From a virus (lineage: Duplodnaviria; Heunggongvirae; Uroviricota; Caudoviricetes): DNA of 64,000 bases. The stretch spans positions 1 to 64,000 of IMG/VR virus record IMGVR_UViG_3300021255_000108. One strand, written 5' to 3'. A program made the position numbers and the translations under genes. How positions within the stretch are numbered: position 1 is the first letter of the stretch; each line of letters opens with the position of its first letter. This document shows positions 38,461 to 48,585 of this stretch, piece by piece. The notes beneath the pieces were generated by a model, which worked only from the letters and a program-made list of their open reading frames with translations, made no database searches and was not told the origin of the DNA.

Positions 38461-39396
38461 ATGGCTTATAGCGTTCATTTAGTAAAAGAAATCAAGTGTT
38501 AGCAATTTACTTTAAATAACTTAAATGAATCATTAAAAACCGCCAAACAAGATTTAGATACTTTAGCGCAATAGCGATAGAGTGTATATTTAGAAGCTCA
38601 ATAGTTAAAAGAAGATTCATTTGAAATTAAAAAAGATATTAATTTTTTAAATAAAACTGCTTCTGAATTACGAAATAATTTAAAAGAATAGAAACAACAA
38701 AATGAAGAAGAACTTTTACATCAAAAGGCTCAATTAAAAACTTCACTTGATGCTTATAGTCAAGAAGTTAAAACATCAATGGAGCAAGACTTTCTAACTG
38801 TGCAAAAAGATTTTATTGATTAGTTTAAAGTAGAAAATACTAAAAAATTAAATGCGGCAAAAGAATTATCTGATAAATTAAAAGAATTAAAAACGTCAGT
38901 AGATGCCGCTACAAGAATAGCAAAAGCTGAGTTGGAAAAAGAAAACTATAATCAATATCATTCTTTACAAATCTCTCAAGAAAGCATTCAAGATATTAAT
39001 AAAATTGAAGCAGCAGTTATGAATGTAAGTCCAATTGCCAAAACTGCAATCGCAAAAGTCATTTGGAAAGTTTATTATGAAAAAGCATACACCGATTTAG
39101 TTGGTAGATTATTATAGGCCCCGACTTGCGGTATTTATAAAATCACCGATATACATAATCGATGTTATGTTGGATAGGCTGTAGATATTGCTGAGAGATG
39201 GAAGCAACACATTAAACGAGCAATAGGTGCAGAAGAGCGCACAAATAATAAGTTATATCCAGCTATGGATAGACTTGGTCCGTGGAATTTTACTTTTGAT
39301 GTTATTGAAGAATGTCCAAGAAATAAATTAAATGAAAGAGAAGATTATTGGCAGGAATTTTATCACGCAAAGGATTTTGGGTATAGTATAAAATGA
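38461..39396 (+). CDS. GIY-YIG nuclease-domain protein with an N-terminal Q-rich coiled coil, read through about 9 TAGs
   Basis: one frame from ATG 38461 to TGA 39394; C-terminal GIYKITDIHNRCYVGQAVDIAERWKQH matches GIY...YVG; the track ORF 38932..39117 lies inside it. Confidence 0.5.
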
Positions 39397-39713
39397 AATT
39401 AACACAAAAAGAAATTGAAGAACTTATTGATTCTTGTAATGCTACCGCAAAAGAGTTAGATAAACAAATCGAAAAACATCGAAGAACACAAGCTCGTATC
39501 CCTGTTACTTTAACAGATTTTATTTCAAATAAATTTGATATAGACGAACTTAAAGAAAGTGAGCCTGATTTTATTGCTTCTGTTGAAAAATGGTGCGAAG
39601 CATTAAATACTTTGCGCGAAAAATATATAGAAACAGATAATTATAAATATTGGAGGCTGTTTTGGGATTTAGTTCCTATAAATTATATATATCCGCCACA
39701 TAATGATAATTGA
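39393..39713 (+). CDS. hypothetical protein (106 aa)
   Basis: ATGA overlap with the upstream stop. Confidence 0.4.
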   Translation: MKLTQKEIEELIDSCNATAKELDKQIEKHRRTQARIPVTLTDFISNKFDIDELKESEPDFIASVEKWCEALNTLREKYIETDNYKYWRLFWDLVPINYIYPPHNDN

Positions 39714-39727
39714 CTTTTAATAAAAAA

Positions 39728-39738
39728 TTTGATATAAT
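39728..39738 (+). promoter_or_regulatory. extended -10 promoter (tTGaTATAAT) with TTGACT 13 nt upstream
   Basis: consensus motif. Confidence 0.45.
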
Positions 39739-39769
39739 GTATATAGAAAATGAAAGAGGAAAAGAGAAT

Positions 39770-40123
39770 ATGTCAAAACAGCAAGAATTTTTGGAGTTTT
39801 GGAATTATCTGGTACATGAAATGAATGGAGACATTGAAGTTCCAGGTAATGTACAGGCTTATATTGATGCAATTTCTGAAAATAAAAATGTAGATAAACC
39901 GGCATTTACTGAAAATGGAAAAAACATTCTGAAATGGTTACAAAGTGCGCCAACTATGATGTATAAGGCAAGAGATATAGCAGAAGGAATGATGATTGGT
40001 TCAAAAGCGGTGTCTGGCGCTATGCGGAAATTGGTTACCGATGGGTATGTTGAAAAAGTAGGTAATTCACCAGTTGTATATACAATTACAGAAAAAGGAA
40101 AAAATGTAAATTTTGAGGAGTAA
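39770..40123 (+). CDS. hypothetical protein (117 aa)
   Basis: ATG 39770 after RBS; promoter at 39728. Confidence 0.4.
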   Translation: MSKQQEFLEFWNYLVHEMNGDIEVPGNVQAYIDAISENKNVDKPAFTENGKNILKWLQSAPTMMYKARDIAEGMMIGSKAVSGAMRKLVTDGYVEKVGNSPVVYTITEKGKNVNFEE

Positions 40124-40131
40124 AAAATAGT

Positions 40132-41076
40132 ATGAAGAAAAATTTTGAAAATAGTACACATATTGAAGGTTATGTATTTGATCACAAGTTGGAGATGAAA
40201 GTAACTGGTCCGCAGGCGAAGTTCCCGAATACAGAGTATATCACCGGAGAAATCAATATCGCAACGGATGAGAAGTGCGAAAATGTTATTCCAGTACATT
40301 ATACATATATTACCGCAACGACAGGCAAGGGCGGCGCGGATAGTCGGTTTACAGCACTAAAGAGTATTCTTGATGGAGCACCGACAGTAGTAAGTGACGG
40401 TAAGGAAAAAGCCACGAAGGTACGTATAGATAGTGCGATTGCATTACGCGAATGGTTTAGGGATATTAAAGATGAAAAGCCAGTAAGTATAATGCGTAAT
40501 GAAGGTGGATTTATTCACATTGTTCAGTCAATTAATGAGGATGAGAAGGCACGTAGCAAGTTTAAGGCAGATATGCTTATTACTTCTGTGCGTGATGTTG
40601 ATCCTGATCCTGAACGTGGAATCGATGAAAAAGTAATTATTAGAGGTGCCATTTTTGGTTTTAGAAAAGATCTTCTGCCAGTTGAATTTTCTGTAACTGG
40701 TAAAAATGGTATGAATTATTTCAGAAACCTTGAAGTAAGCAATAAGCACCCAGTGTTTACACAGGTATGGGGCAATCAGGTTTCTAGAACCTTGAAGACA
40801 ATTACTACAACAGAAAGCGCGTTTGGAGAAGACGAAGTTAGTATTAAAGAGACTTCTTCAAAAGATATGGTAGTTACAGGATGTCTGAAAGAGCCGTATC
40901 TCTTTGATGATGAAAATACTATTACCGCGGCAGAATTGTCTCAGGCAATGAGTGATCGTGAATTGTATCTGGCTTCAACGAAACAGAGACAGGCTGAATA
41001 TCAGGCTAGTAAAAATGCTGGTGGATCTGCGGCAACTGTGGCAGTTTCTGGCGCGACTACTGGTTATGACTTCTAA
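40132..41076 (+). CDS. putative ssDNA-binding or annealing protein (314 aa) with a C-terminal ...TTGYDF tail
   Basis: position directly upstream of the Sak4-like ATPase; the terminal aromatic Phe is reminiscent of the T7 gp2.5 tail (weak evidence). Confidence 0.3.
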   Translation: MKKNFENSTHIEGYVFDHKLEMKVTGPQAKFPNTEYITGEINIATDEKCENVIPVHYTYITATTGKGGADSRFTALKSILDGAPTVVSDGKEKATKVRIDSAIALREWFRDIKDEKPVSIMRNEGGFIHIVQSINEDEKARSKFKADMLITSVRDVDPDPERGIDEKVIIRGAIFGFRKDLLPVEFSVTGKNGMNYFRNLEVSNKHPVFTQVWGNQVSRTLKTITTTESAFGEDEVSIKETSSKDMVVTGCLKEPYLFDDENTITAAELSQAMSDRELYLASTKQRQAEYQASKNAGGSAATVAVSGATTGYDF

Positions 41077-41092
41077 TAGGAGGAAATAACTT

Positions 41093-42070
41093 ATGGCAAA
41101 TCTTCTTACTTCCATTAAACCTCATGAGGTCAGTCGTGACCTCAGAGGTTATAGTGTTTTGTTTTATGGCACTGCTAAATCTGGAAAAACTACAACCGCA
41201 AGTAAATTTCCAAAGTCTTTGATTTTGGGTTTTGAAAAAGGTTGGAATGCCCTGCCTGGTGTTATGGCAATTGGCGTAAATAGTTGGCGAGAGTTCAAAA
41301 ACTATTTAATTATGCTAAAAGATGAAGAAACAAAAGCAATGTATTAGACAATTATTATAGATACCGCTGATATTGCTTATGATTATTGTTCTGATTATAT
41401 CTGTAATCAAAATGGTGTAGACACCATCGGTGATCTGCCATATGGTAAGGGATATACACTTGTAGCAAAAGAATTTGATACAAGTATTCGTAAAATCCTA
41501 CAGTTGGATTATGGTCTGGTTCTCATCTCTCATAGCACTGATAGAGTAGAAAAAGACGAGAAGGGTAATGAATATACTCGTTTGGAACCGACTTTGGATA
41601 AGCGCGGCAGATTGATTTGCGAACGTACTTGTGATATTATCGGTTTGTCACGTCCTACAACAAATGAAGATGGTTCAGTATCTACTAAATTGTTTATGCG
41701 CGAAACACCTAGATTTGTTGCTGGTTCTCGTTTTAAATATTTGGATCCTGTAATTGAATTTACATATGATAATTTGGTGGATGCTATTCATCGAGCAATT
41801 GATAAAGAAGCTGAATTGACAGGTCATAAGTATGTGACTGAAACAAAGGCAAATGCTTATTCAGATCCAGAAAATGAAATGCCTTCTTATGATGAGATGC
41901 GCGCAGAAGCTAGTACTTTGATTGGTCAGCTTATGGAAAAGGATCCACAAAATAGAATTAAAATTAGTAAAATTGTTTCTACTTATCTTGGAGTTAAAAA
42001 GTTCGCTGATGCAACCGAAAAAGATAGTGATCAAATTTGGCTAATTCTACAAGAATTGCGTCGGCTGTAA
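41093..42070 (+). CDS. Sak4-like / AAA_24 RecA-family ATPase read through TAG 41345
   Basis: Walker A YGTAKSGKTT; Walker B TIIIDTAD lies immediately after the TAG; track ORFs 41093..41347 and 41504..42070 share a frame. Confidence 0.55.
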
Positions 42071-42098
42071 GCGAGTGTTTAACACTCGCTTGTTTTTT
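42071..42098 (+). terminator. rho-independent terminator (gcgagtgtt-taacactcgc, then T-run)
   Basis: hairpin plus a T-run. Confidence 0.65.
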
Positions 42099-42153
42099 AT
42101 AAAAAAATATGTTATAATATAATGGTAAAAGATATTATAATAGGGCTGATATA

Positions 42154-42684
42154 ATGGCAAGTAAAAGAAAATTATCACCTGTTAAGTGTTTATATTGCGG
42201 AAAAACTTTTAATCGAGAATTAGAAGAATATGTACAAGTAAATAAGGTGCGTTATGCGCATAAAGTTTGTTATGATCAACATACCGCAAGTATAACACAA
42301 GAAGAGCGTGATTTAATGGCATTAAAAAATTACATAAAAAAATTATTTAATGTCGAAACAATTAGTCCGCGCATTCATAAACAAATTGAAGATTATCATA
42401 ATAATAGAAATTATACTTATAGTGGGATTTTAAAAAGTCTAACTTATTTTTTTCAAATTAAAGGAAACTCAATAGAAAAAGCCAATGGTGGTATAGGTAT
42501 TGTACCTTATGTCTATGAAGACGCTAGAAATTATTATACAGCGATATGGATGGCTCAACAGCAAAATATATCTAAGCCAATCGAACAATATCAACCAAAA
42601 ATAGTGGAGATACACATTCCCCCACCAGTGCGGAAAGAGCATAAAGTTAAACAATTTTCATTTTTAGACGAAGGGGAAGATTAA
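42154..42684 (+). CDS. hypothetical protein with an N-terminal zinc finger (176 aa)
   Basis: CLYCGKTF...HKVC. Confidence 0.4.
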   Translation: MASKRKLSPVKCLYCGKTFNRELEEYVQVNKVRYAHKVCYDQHTASITQEERDLMALKNYIKKLFNVETISPRIHKQIEDYHNNRNYTYSGILKSLTYFFQIKGNSIEKANGGIGIVPYVYEDARNYYTAIWMAQQQNISKPIEQYQPKIVEIHIPPPVRKEHKVKQFSFLDEGED

Positions 42685-44229
42685 GTGAGTTCTAAATATG
42701 TAGATAGTACAGCTATAATGCAAGTAATAGGGTGTGTATATAATGATCCATCTATTTTGGATGCGGAAGACACATATTTTGTTACAGAAGCAGATTTTGT
42801 AGAAGAGTTTCATAAAATCATTTATGGAACAATGTTTAAACTTCATGAAAATGGAACTCATTCATTTACTCTTGAAGCAATTAATGATTTTTTAAGTAAT
42901 CATCCTAAACGAAAAGCTGTATATGATTTAAATAAAGGTAATGAATATCTTACTCAAATTAGTCAATTGGTTACACGTTCTACTTTTGATTATTATTACA
43001 AACGTATGAAAAAGATGACGCTTCTGCGAATGTATGATAATGTAGGTTTGGACGTAACTTTTCTTTACGATCCAGATAACATTTTGGATACAAAAAAGAA
43101 AGAAGCGCAAGAGGAGTGGCTTGATAATACAAGTCTTCAAGCCATTGCTGATAAAATAGATGAAAAAATTGAAACAATTAGAGCAGCTTATGTAGAAAAC
43201 GACATCAATGGTGGAGCCTTTAAAGCCGGAGATGGTATTACAGAATTAATTAAAAAATTCGAACAAGTTCCAGATGTTGGAGTACCATTGTATGGAGATT
43301 ATATTAATACAATTACAAGAGGCGCTCGATTGGGTAAATTTTATCTGCGTTCTGCCCCTACTGGCGTTGGTAAAACCAGAAGTATGATAGCTGATGCTTG
43401 TTATATCGGTTGTGATGAATTTTATGATGAACAATTTGGTTGGCGTAAAAATGGCACAAGCTTTCCTACTTTGTTTATTGGGACAGAACAAGACAAAGAT
43501 GAAATTCAAACAATGATGTTGGCATTTTTATCAAATGTTAATGAAGAGCACATTTTAACTGGTAAATATGAAAAAGATGAAAGAGATAGAGTATTTCACG
43601 CGGCAGAAGTAATTTCAAGATGTCCGTTATATATTGAAGTGCTTCCAGAATTTAATTTACAAGATGTAGAGAATTGTATTAAACGCAATTTGCGCGAACA
43701 CGATATTGCTTATGTATTTCACGATTATATTCATACATCAATAAAAATTCTTGAAGAGATTAGTCGTCGTGCTGGCAAAATAGCCTTACGAGAAGATAAT
43801 GTTCTTTTTATGTTAAGCGCAAGATTAAAAGATATATGTGTTAAATATAACGTATTTATTATGTCAGCAACGCAATTAAATGGCGATTATCAAGATAGTA
43901 AAACACCTGATCAAAATTTACTGCGTGGCGCAAAAGCCATAGCTGATAAAATCGATTATGGTAGTATTTTACTTCCAGTGAAAGATACTGATTTGGCAAG
44001 TTTGGAAACTATACTTCAGAGAAATCCACAGTTTCCAAAACCAATTATTAAATTATCAATTTATAAAAATAGACGGGGCAGGTATAAGAGCGTTATCCTA
44101 TGGTGTAATGCTGATTTAGGTACTTGCCGCATTCGACCAATGTTCTTAACAGATTTCCAATACGAATGGATAGGCATCGAAGATTTAAAAGTAATTATTA
44201 ACGATTTTAGCGCTTTTGAGGAGGATTAA
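42685..44229 (+). CDS. dnaB: DnaB-like replicative helicase
   Basis: Walker A SAPTGVGKT; RecA-like C-terminal domain. Confidence 0.75.
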   Translation: MSSKYVDSTAIMQVIGCVYNDPSILDAEDTYFVTEADFVEEFHKIIYGTMFKLHENGTHSFTLEAINDFLSNHPKRKAVYDLNKGNEYLTQISQLVTRSTFDYYYKRMKKMTLLRMYDNVGLDVTFLYDPDNILDTKKKEAQEEWLDNTSLQAIADKIDEKIETIRAAYVENDINGGAFKAGDGITELIKKFEQVPDVGVPLYGDYINTITRGARLGKFYLRSAPTGVGKTRSMIADACYIGCDEFYDEQFGWRKNGTSFPTLFIGTEQDKDEIQTMMLAFLSNVNEEHILTGKYEKDERDRVFHAAEVISRCPLYIEVLPEFNLQDVENCIKRNLREHDIAYVFHDYIHTSIKILEEISRRAGKIALREDNVLFMLSARLKDICVKYNVFIMSATQLNGDYQDSKTPDQNLLRGAKAIADKIDYGSILLPVKDTDLASLETILQRNPQFPKPIIKLSIYKNRRGRYKSVILWCNADLGTCRIRPMFLTDFQYEWIGIEDLKVIINDFSAFEED

Positions 44230-44233
44230 TTAA

Positions 44234-44452
44234 ATGGCATATAATGGTCATAATGGGACTTTAAAAACAAGTCCGGAAGTCGCGCAGCACGCTGATGGAC
44301 TTCAAATAGAATATGTAATGAATAAGACACAATATCAAAATTTAATTAATGATAAACCCAAGAATATTGATGACAAACAATATGTTATAGATGTCATCAA
44401 TTCTACTTATGGATTAAAAGGAACAGTAGTTAAACTTAGTATTGAAAGGTAA
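44234..44452 (+). CDS. hypothetical protein (72 aa)
   Basis: ORF from track. Confidence 0.3.
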   Translation: MAYNGHNGTLKTSPEVAQHADGLQIEYVMNKTQYQNLINDKPKNIDDKQYVIDVINSTYGLKGTVVKLSIER

Positions 44453-44458
44453 GTCATT

Positions 44459-45538
44459 ATGAGATATGACAAAGATGAAATCAAGAATAAATTAACAACA
44501 GAGCAAGTATTTTCTGTTGTTAAAGATTTCGGTGGAGATCCGCAATGGACCAATCAAGGTTTTGTATCTGCTACCATTTGTCATAATCATCCAGGTGAAG
44601 GTAGTCATAAATTATACTATTACAGTAATAGTAGATTGTTTAGATGCTACACTGAGTGTGATGCGTCTTTTGATATTTTTGAGCTTGTTTCAAAAGTTCA
44701 AAAAAATAATTCTTTATATAAATCTGTTAGTTACATAGCGAAACGTTTTGGCTTTGGTGGCTATGATTCAGACGATGATTTTGTTCGCCAATTAGACGAT
44801 TGGGATGTAATTGATAGATATAAAAAACTTAATACAATGACCACAACAAAAGAAACTCAATTAAAGACTTATGATAAAAAGATTTTAAATAATTTACCAT
44901 CTCCTTTAATCACTGATTGGATAAAAGAAGGAATTAAACCAGAAATATTAAAGTATAATAAAATAGGGTACTATCCAACAGATGAACAAATAACTATCCC
45001 ACATTTTGATAAAGATGGTAACTTTATAGGATTGCGCGGCAGAGCACTAGGCAAACAACAAGCAGAAATGTTTGGTAAATATAGACCGATACAAATCGGT
45101 CATTTGTTATATAATCATCCTCTTGGATATAATCTTTATAATTTGAATAACAGTTATAAAAATATTCAAAAATTAAAAAAGGTAATTGTTTATGAGGGTG
45201 AAAAAAGTTGTCTATTGTATCAATCATATTTTGGTTTAAATAATGACATTAGTGTTGCTTGTTGTGGTTCTTCTATTTCATTGGCGCAGATTAAATTACT
45301 GTTGCCGCTTCATCCAAATGAATTAATCATCGCTTTTGATAGACAATATAAAGAATTGGGCGATGATGAGTGTAAACATTGGATTAAGCACTTAAAGAAT
45401 CTTTATACTTTATATAATAAATTTATCCCTATTAGTTTTATTTTTGATAAATCTAATAAACTAGATTACAAAGATAGCCCTATTGACAAAGGGGTTGATA
45501 CATTTTTACAGTTGTACCGTGAGAGAGTGATTTTATAA
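44459..45538 (+). CDS. dnaG: DnaG-like DNA primase
   Basis: CHC2 zinc finger (CHNHP...C.TEC); TOPRIM-like EGEKS. Confidence 0.65.
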   Translation: MRYDKDEIKNKLTTEQVFSVVKDFGGDPQWTNQGFVSATICHNHPGEGSHKLYYYSNSRLFRCYTECDASFDIFELVSKVQKNNSLYKSVSYIAKRFGFGGYDSDDDFVRQLDDWDVIDRYKKLNTMTTTKETQLKTYDKKILNNLPSPLITDWIKEGIKPEILKYNKIGYYPTDEQITIPHFDKDGNFIGLRGRALGKQQAEMFGKYRPIQIGHLLYNHPLGYNLYNLNNSYKNIQKLKKVIVYEGEKSCLLYQSYFGLNNDISVACCGSSISLAQIKLLLPLHPNELIIAFDRQYKELGDDECKHWIKHLKNLYTLYNKFIPISFIFDKSNKLDYKDSPIDKGVDTFLQLYRERVIL

Positions 45539-45541
45539 AAT

Positions 45542-47302
45542 ATGGACTATAAATTAATTAAAGAGACAAGAGACGATTTGTCAGTAATTGAACAATTATT
45601 ATACAACAGAGATATTTCAGTGGAAGATGCCCCTGTGTTTTTAGAGCCTTTGTTGGCAAAAGAATATCCAAATGAATGGTTAGATTATATAGTAGATGCG
45701 GCAAAAACGCTTTTAATAAGTATTATAAATAATGAAAAAATTTATATACAAGTAGATAGCGACTGTGATGGTTATACATCTGCCGCAGTTTTAATAAATT
45801 ATTTATATGCAACATTTCCAACATTTGTAGAAACTAATTTATTTTATGGGTTACATCATAAAAAGGCTCACGGTATAGACATCAGTTTAATACCAGAAAA
45901 TACAAAGTTAGTTATTGCTCCAGATTCTTCATCAAATGAGAATGAGTTGCATAAGGATTTATATAATAAAGGAATTAAAGTTATAATATTGGATCACCAC
46001 GATGCTATAAGACAAGCAGATGATCCAGCAATTATTGTAAATAATCAAATGTGTGACTATCCAAATAAATATTTATCTGGCGTTGGTATAGTTTATAAGT
46101 TTTGTCAAGCGCTTGATAAATTAATTAAACAATCAAAAGCAGATGATTTTTTGGATTTAGTAGCTCTTGGCTTGTTGGGTGATATGATGGATATACGAGA
46201 GCCAGAAACCAGAAAGTTGATTACGCTTGGGTTATCCAATGTACACAATCCATTTTTTGTTTATATGTGCCGCAAGAATGCGTTTTCTATGAATAATAGT
46301 ATCAATACCCACAGTGTGACTTGGTTTGTTGTGCCTTATATCAACGCTGTAACAAGAATTGGTACAGATAAAGAAAAGTATTTAATTTTCTCTTCAATGT
46401 TACAACATAAAGCAGGAGAAGAAATTTTATCTACTAAAAGAGGACACAAAGCCGGAGAGACTGAATTATTAGTAGAAGCCGCAATTAGAGTTTGCGCAAA
46501 TATAAAAAGGCATCAAGATGATACTAAAAAAACGACATTAGATTATTTAAGAGAAAAAATTGAAAAAGAGCATTTAGCAGATGCGCCAGTTATAATTATT
46601 AAAAACGATAATGTCGCAGAAGATGATGCTCTTAAAGGTATTACTGGCTTATTGGCTAACGCTATTATGAGTGAGTATGGAAAACCAACAATCATTGTTA
46701 ATGAGACAATTGATTATGAAACTGGTGAAATTACATACAATGGGTCAGCTCGAACCTTCGAAACTGCGGGAATTGAAGACTGGCGTAAGTTTATTGAAGA
46801 TAGTGGTTATGCTATATTCGCATAGGGACATCCGGCCGCCTTTGGAGTCTCTTTCGTCCCCCAAAAGCTAAAAGCCTTTGGGAATTTTTTGGAGCAAAAG
46901 TTCGGCACAGAACGATTTGAAAAAATGTACTTCGTTGATTATATTTGGAAATACAATAATCAAGACATCCCACGTATAATTGAAGAAATAGCTAAACATA
47001 AAGACCTTTGGGGACAAAACGCGCCAGAACCATTAGTAGCCATTCAAGATTTTCCAGTTAATTCTACCAATGCGTTTTATATGGCAAAAGGTACATTAAA
47101 GTTACAGCCGAATAATTTAAATTATAATTGTCTAAAATTTAGTGTTCCATTAGAAGACTATGAGGCTATGCTAGACAAGCGCGTTACTGTTATTGGCACT
47201 TGTGATATAAATGAGTTTATGGGCAATCGAACCCCGCAAATAAAAATTGTAGATTATACAATTGAGCAAACTTCGCCAACCTGGTCAATATCAGACTTTT
47301 GA
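45542..47302 (+). CDS. recJ: RecJ-like DHH/DHHA1 phosphoesterase read through TAG 46823
   Basis: DHH motifs DSDCDGYTSAA and ILDHHD; DHHA1-like A-TAG-GHPAAFG spans the TAG; track ORFs 45542..46825 and 46889..47302 share a frame. Confidence 0.55.
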
Positions 47303-47356
47303 CTTTTTTAATTACTTATGATATAATATATTTAGAAAATAAAATGGAGTTAAAAT

Positions 47357-48532
47357 ATGATATTAACAGCAAAACAAGAACAGGGGTTACAATTAGCAGT
47401 ACAGCGTTATAAGACAAATGAGCCATATACTTGTATTGGCGGTTTCGCTGGCAGTGGGAAGTCAACTCTTGTACGATTTATAATTGATGCTTTACAAGTT
47501 CCTCCACATCAAGTATGTTATGTCGCTTATACTGGTAAGGCTGCCCAAGTGTTACGACGTAAAGGGTGCGCCAATGCTATGACTGCGCATCGTTTATTAT
47601 ATAAATCTATTCCATTGGAGAATGGGAGATTTAAACATATACCAAGAACTTCTATTGAACCATTTAAAGTTATAGTTGTTGATGAAGTTTCTATGCTTCC
47701 AAAGCGAATGTGGGAAACATTACTTGCGCACGGTAAGTATGTTATTGCACTTGGTGACCCTGGACAGTTGCCACCAGTTGCTGGTGATAATAATGAAGTA
47801 TTAGAGCACCCGCATATTTTTCTTGATGAGATTATGCGCCAAGCGCAAGAGAATGAAATAATCCGTTTAACTATGCACATAAGAGAGGGCAAGCCTCTTG
47901 AACTTTTTAGTGGAAAAGATGTGCGTGTTGTCCCACGGAGTGAGATATTAAAAGACGGATTTCTGTTCTGGGGCGATCAAATACTTTGCGCAAAAAACGT
48001 TACAAGGAGACAATTTAATTCAACCATCAGAAAAATATCATTAAATGTAAATGACAATTTGCCTATTGTAGGCGATAAAGTTATTTGTTTGCGTAACGAT
48101 TGGGATTTTGTTAATCTATCTGGAGATGCTTTAGTTAATGGATTGAGTGGAACGGTTAAAAAAATTACTTATTTAGATCCACGCCATCCTTTATTTAATC
48201 CTTTTATGGAAAAAACTCCCCTTATTGATGTTATGCCAGACTATGATGATACCAGTATATTTGAAGATATTGATATAGATTATAAACTCTTTAGTGATGG
48301 TGAACCAAGTATCAATTGGAAGAATTGGAAACAAATTCCTAAGCCATATCATCCGCACGAATTTGATTATGGCTATGTAATTACCGTACATAAAGCACAA
48401 GGCAGTGAATGGGATAAAGTCATTGTGTTTGAAGAATATATGAAAGATCAGACGCGAGATGATTTTAAGCGTTGGTTATATACCGCGGCTACCAGAGCAG
48501 CTAAAAAATTGATTGTTGTGCGTACAACTTGA
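47357..48532 (+). CDS. SF1 DNA helicase (RecD/Dda-like)
   Basis: Walker A GGFAGSGKST; helicase motifs VVDEVSM and TVHKAQGSEWD. Confidence 0.7.
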   Translation: MILTAKQEQGLQLAVQRYKTNEPYTCIGGFAGSGKSTLVRFIIDALQVPPHQVCYVAYTGKAAQVLRRKGCANAMTAHRLLYKSIPLENGRFKHIPRTSIEPFKVIVVDEVSMLPKRMWETLLAHGKYVIALGDPGQLPPVAGDNNEVLEHPHIFLDEIMRQAQENEIIRLTMHIREGKPLELFSGKDVRVVPRSEILKDGFLFWGDQILCAKNVTRRQFNSTIRKISLNVNDNLPIVGDKVICLRNDWDFVNLSGDALVNGLSGTVKKITYLDPRHPLFNPFMEKTPLIDVMPDYDDTSIFEDIDIDYKLFSDGEPSINWKNWKQIPKPYHPHEFDYGYVITVHKAQGSEWDKVIVFEEYMKDQTRDDFKRWLYTAATRAAKKLIVVRTT

Positions 48533-48585
48533 TTTTATTAATAAAAAATGATATAATATACATAGAAAATAATAAGGGGTAAAAT

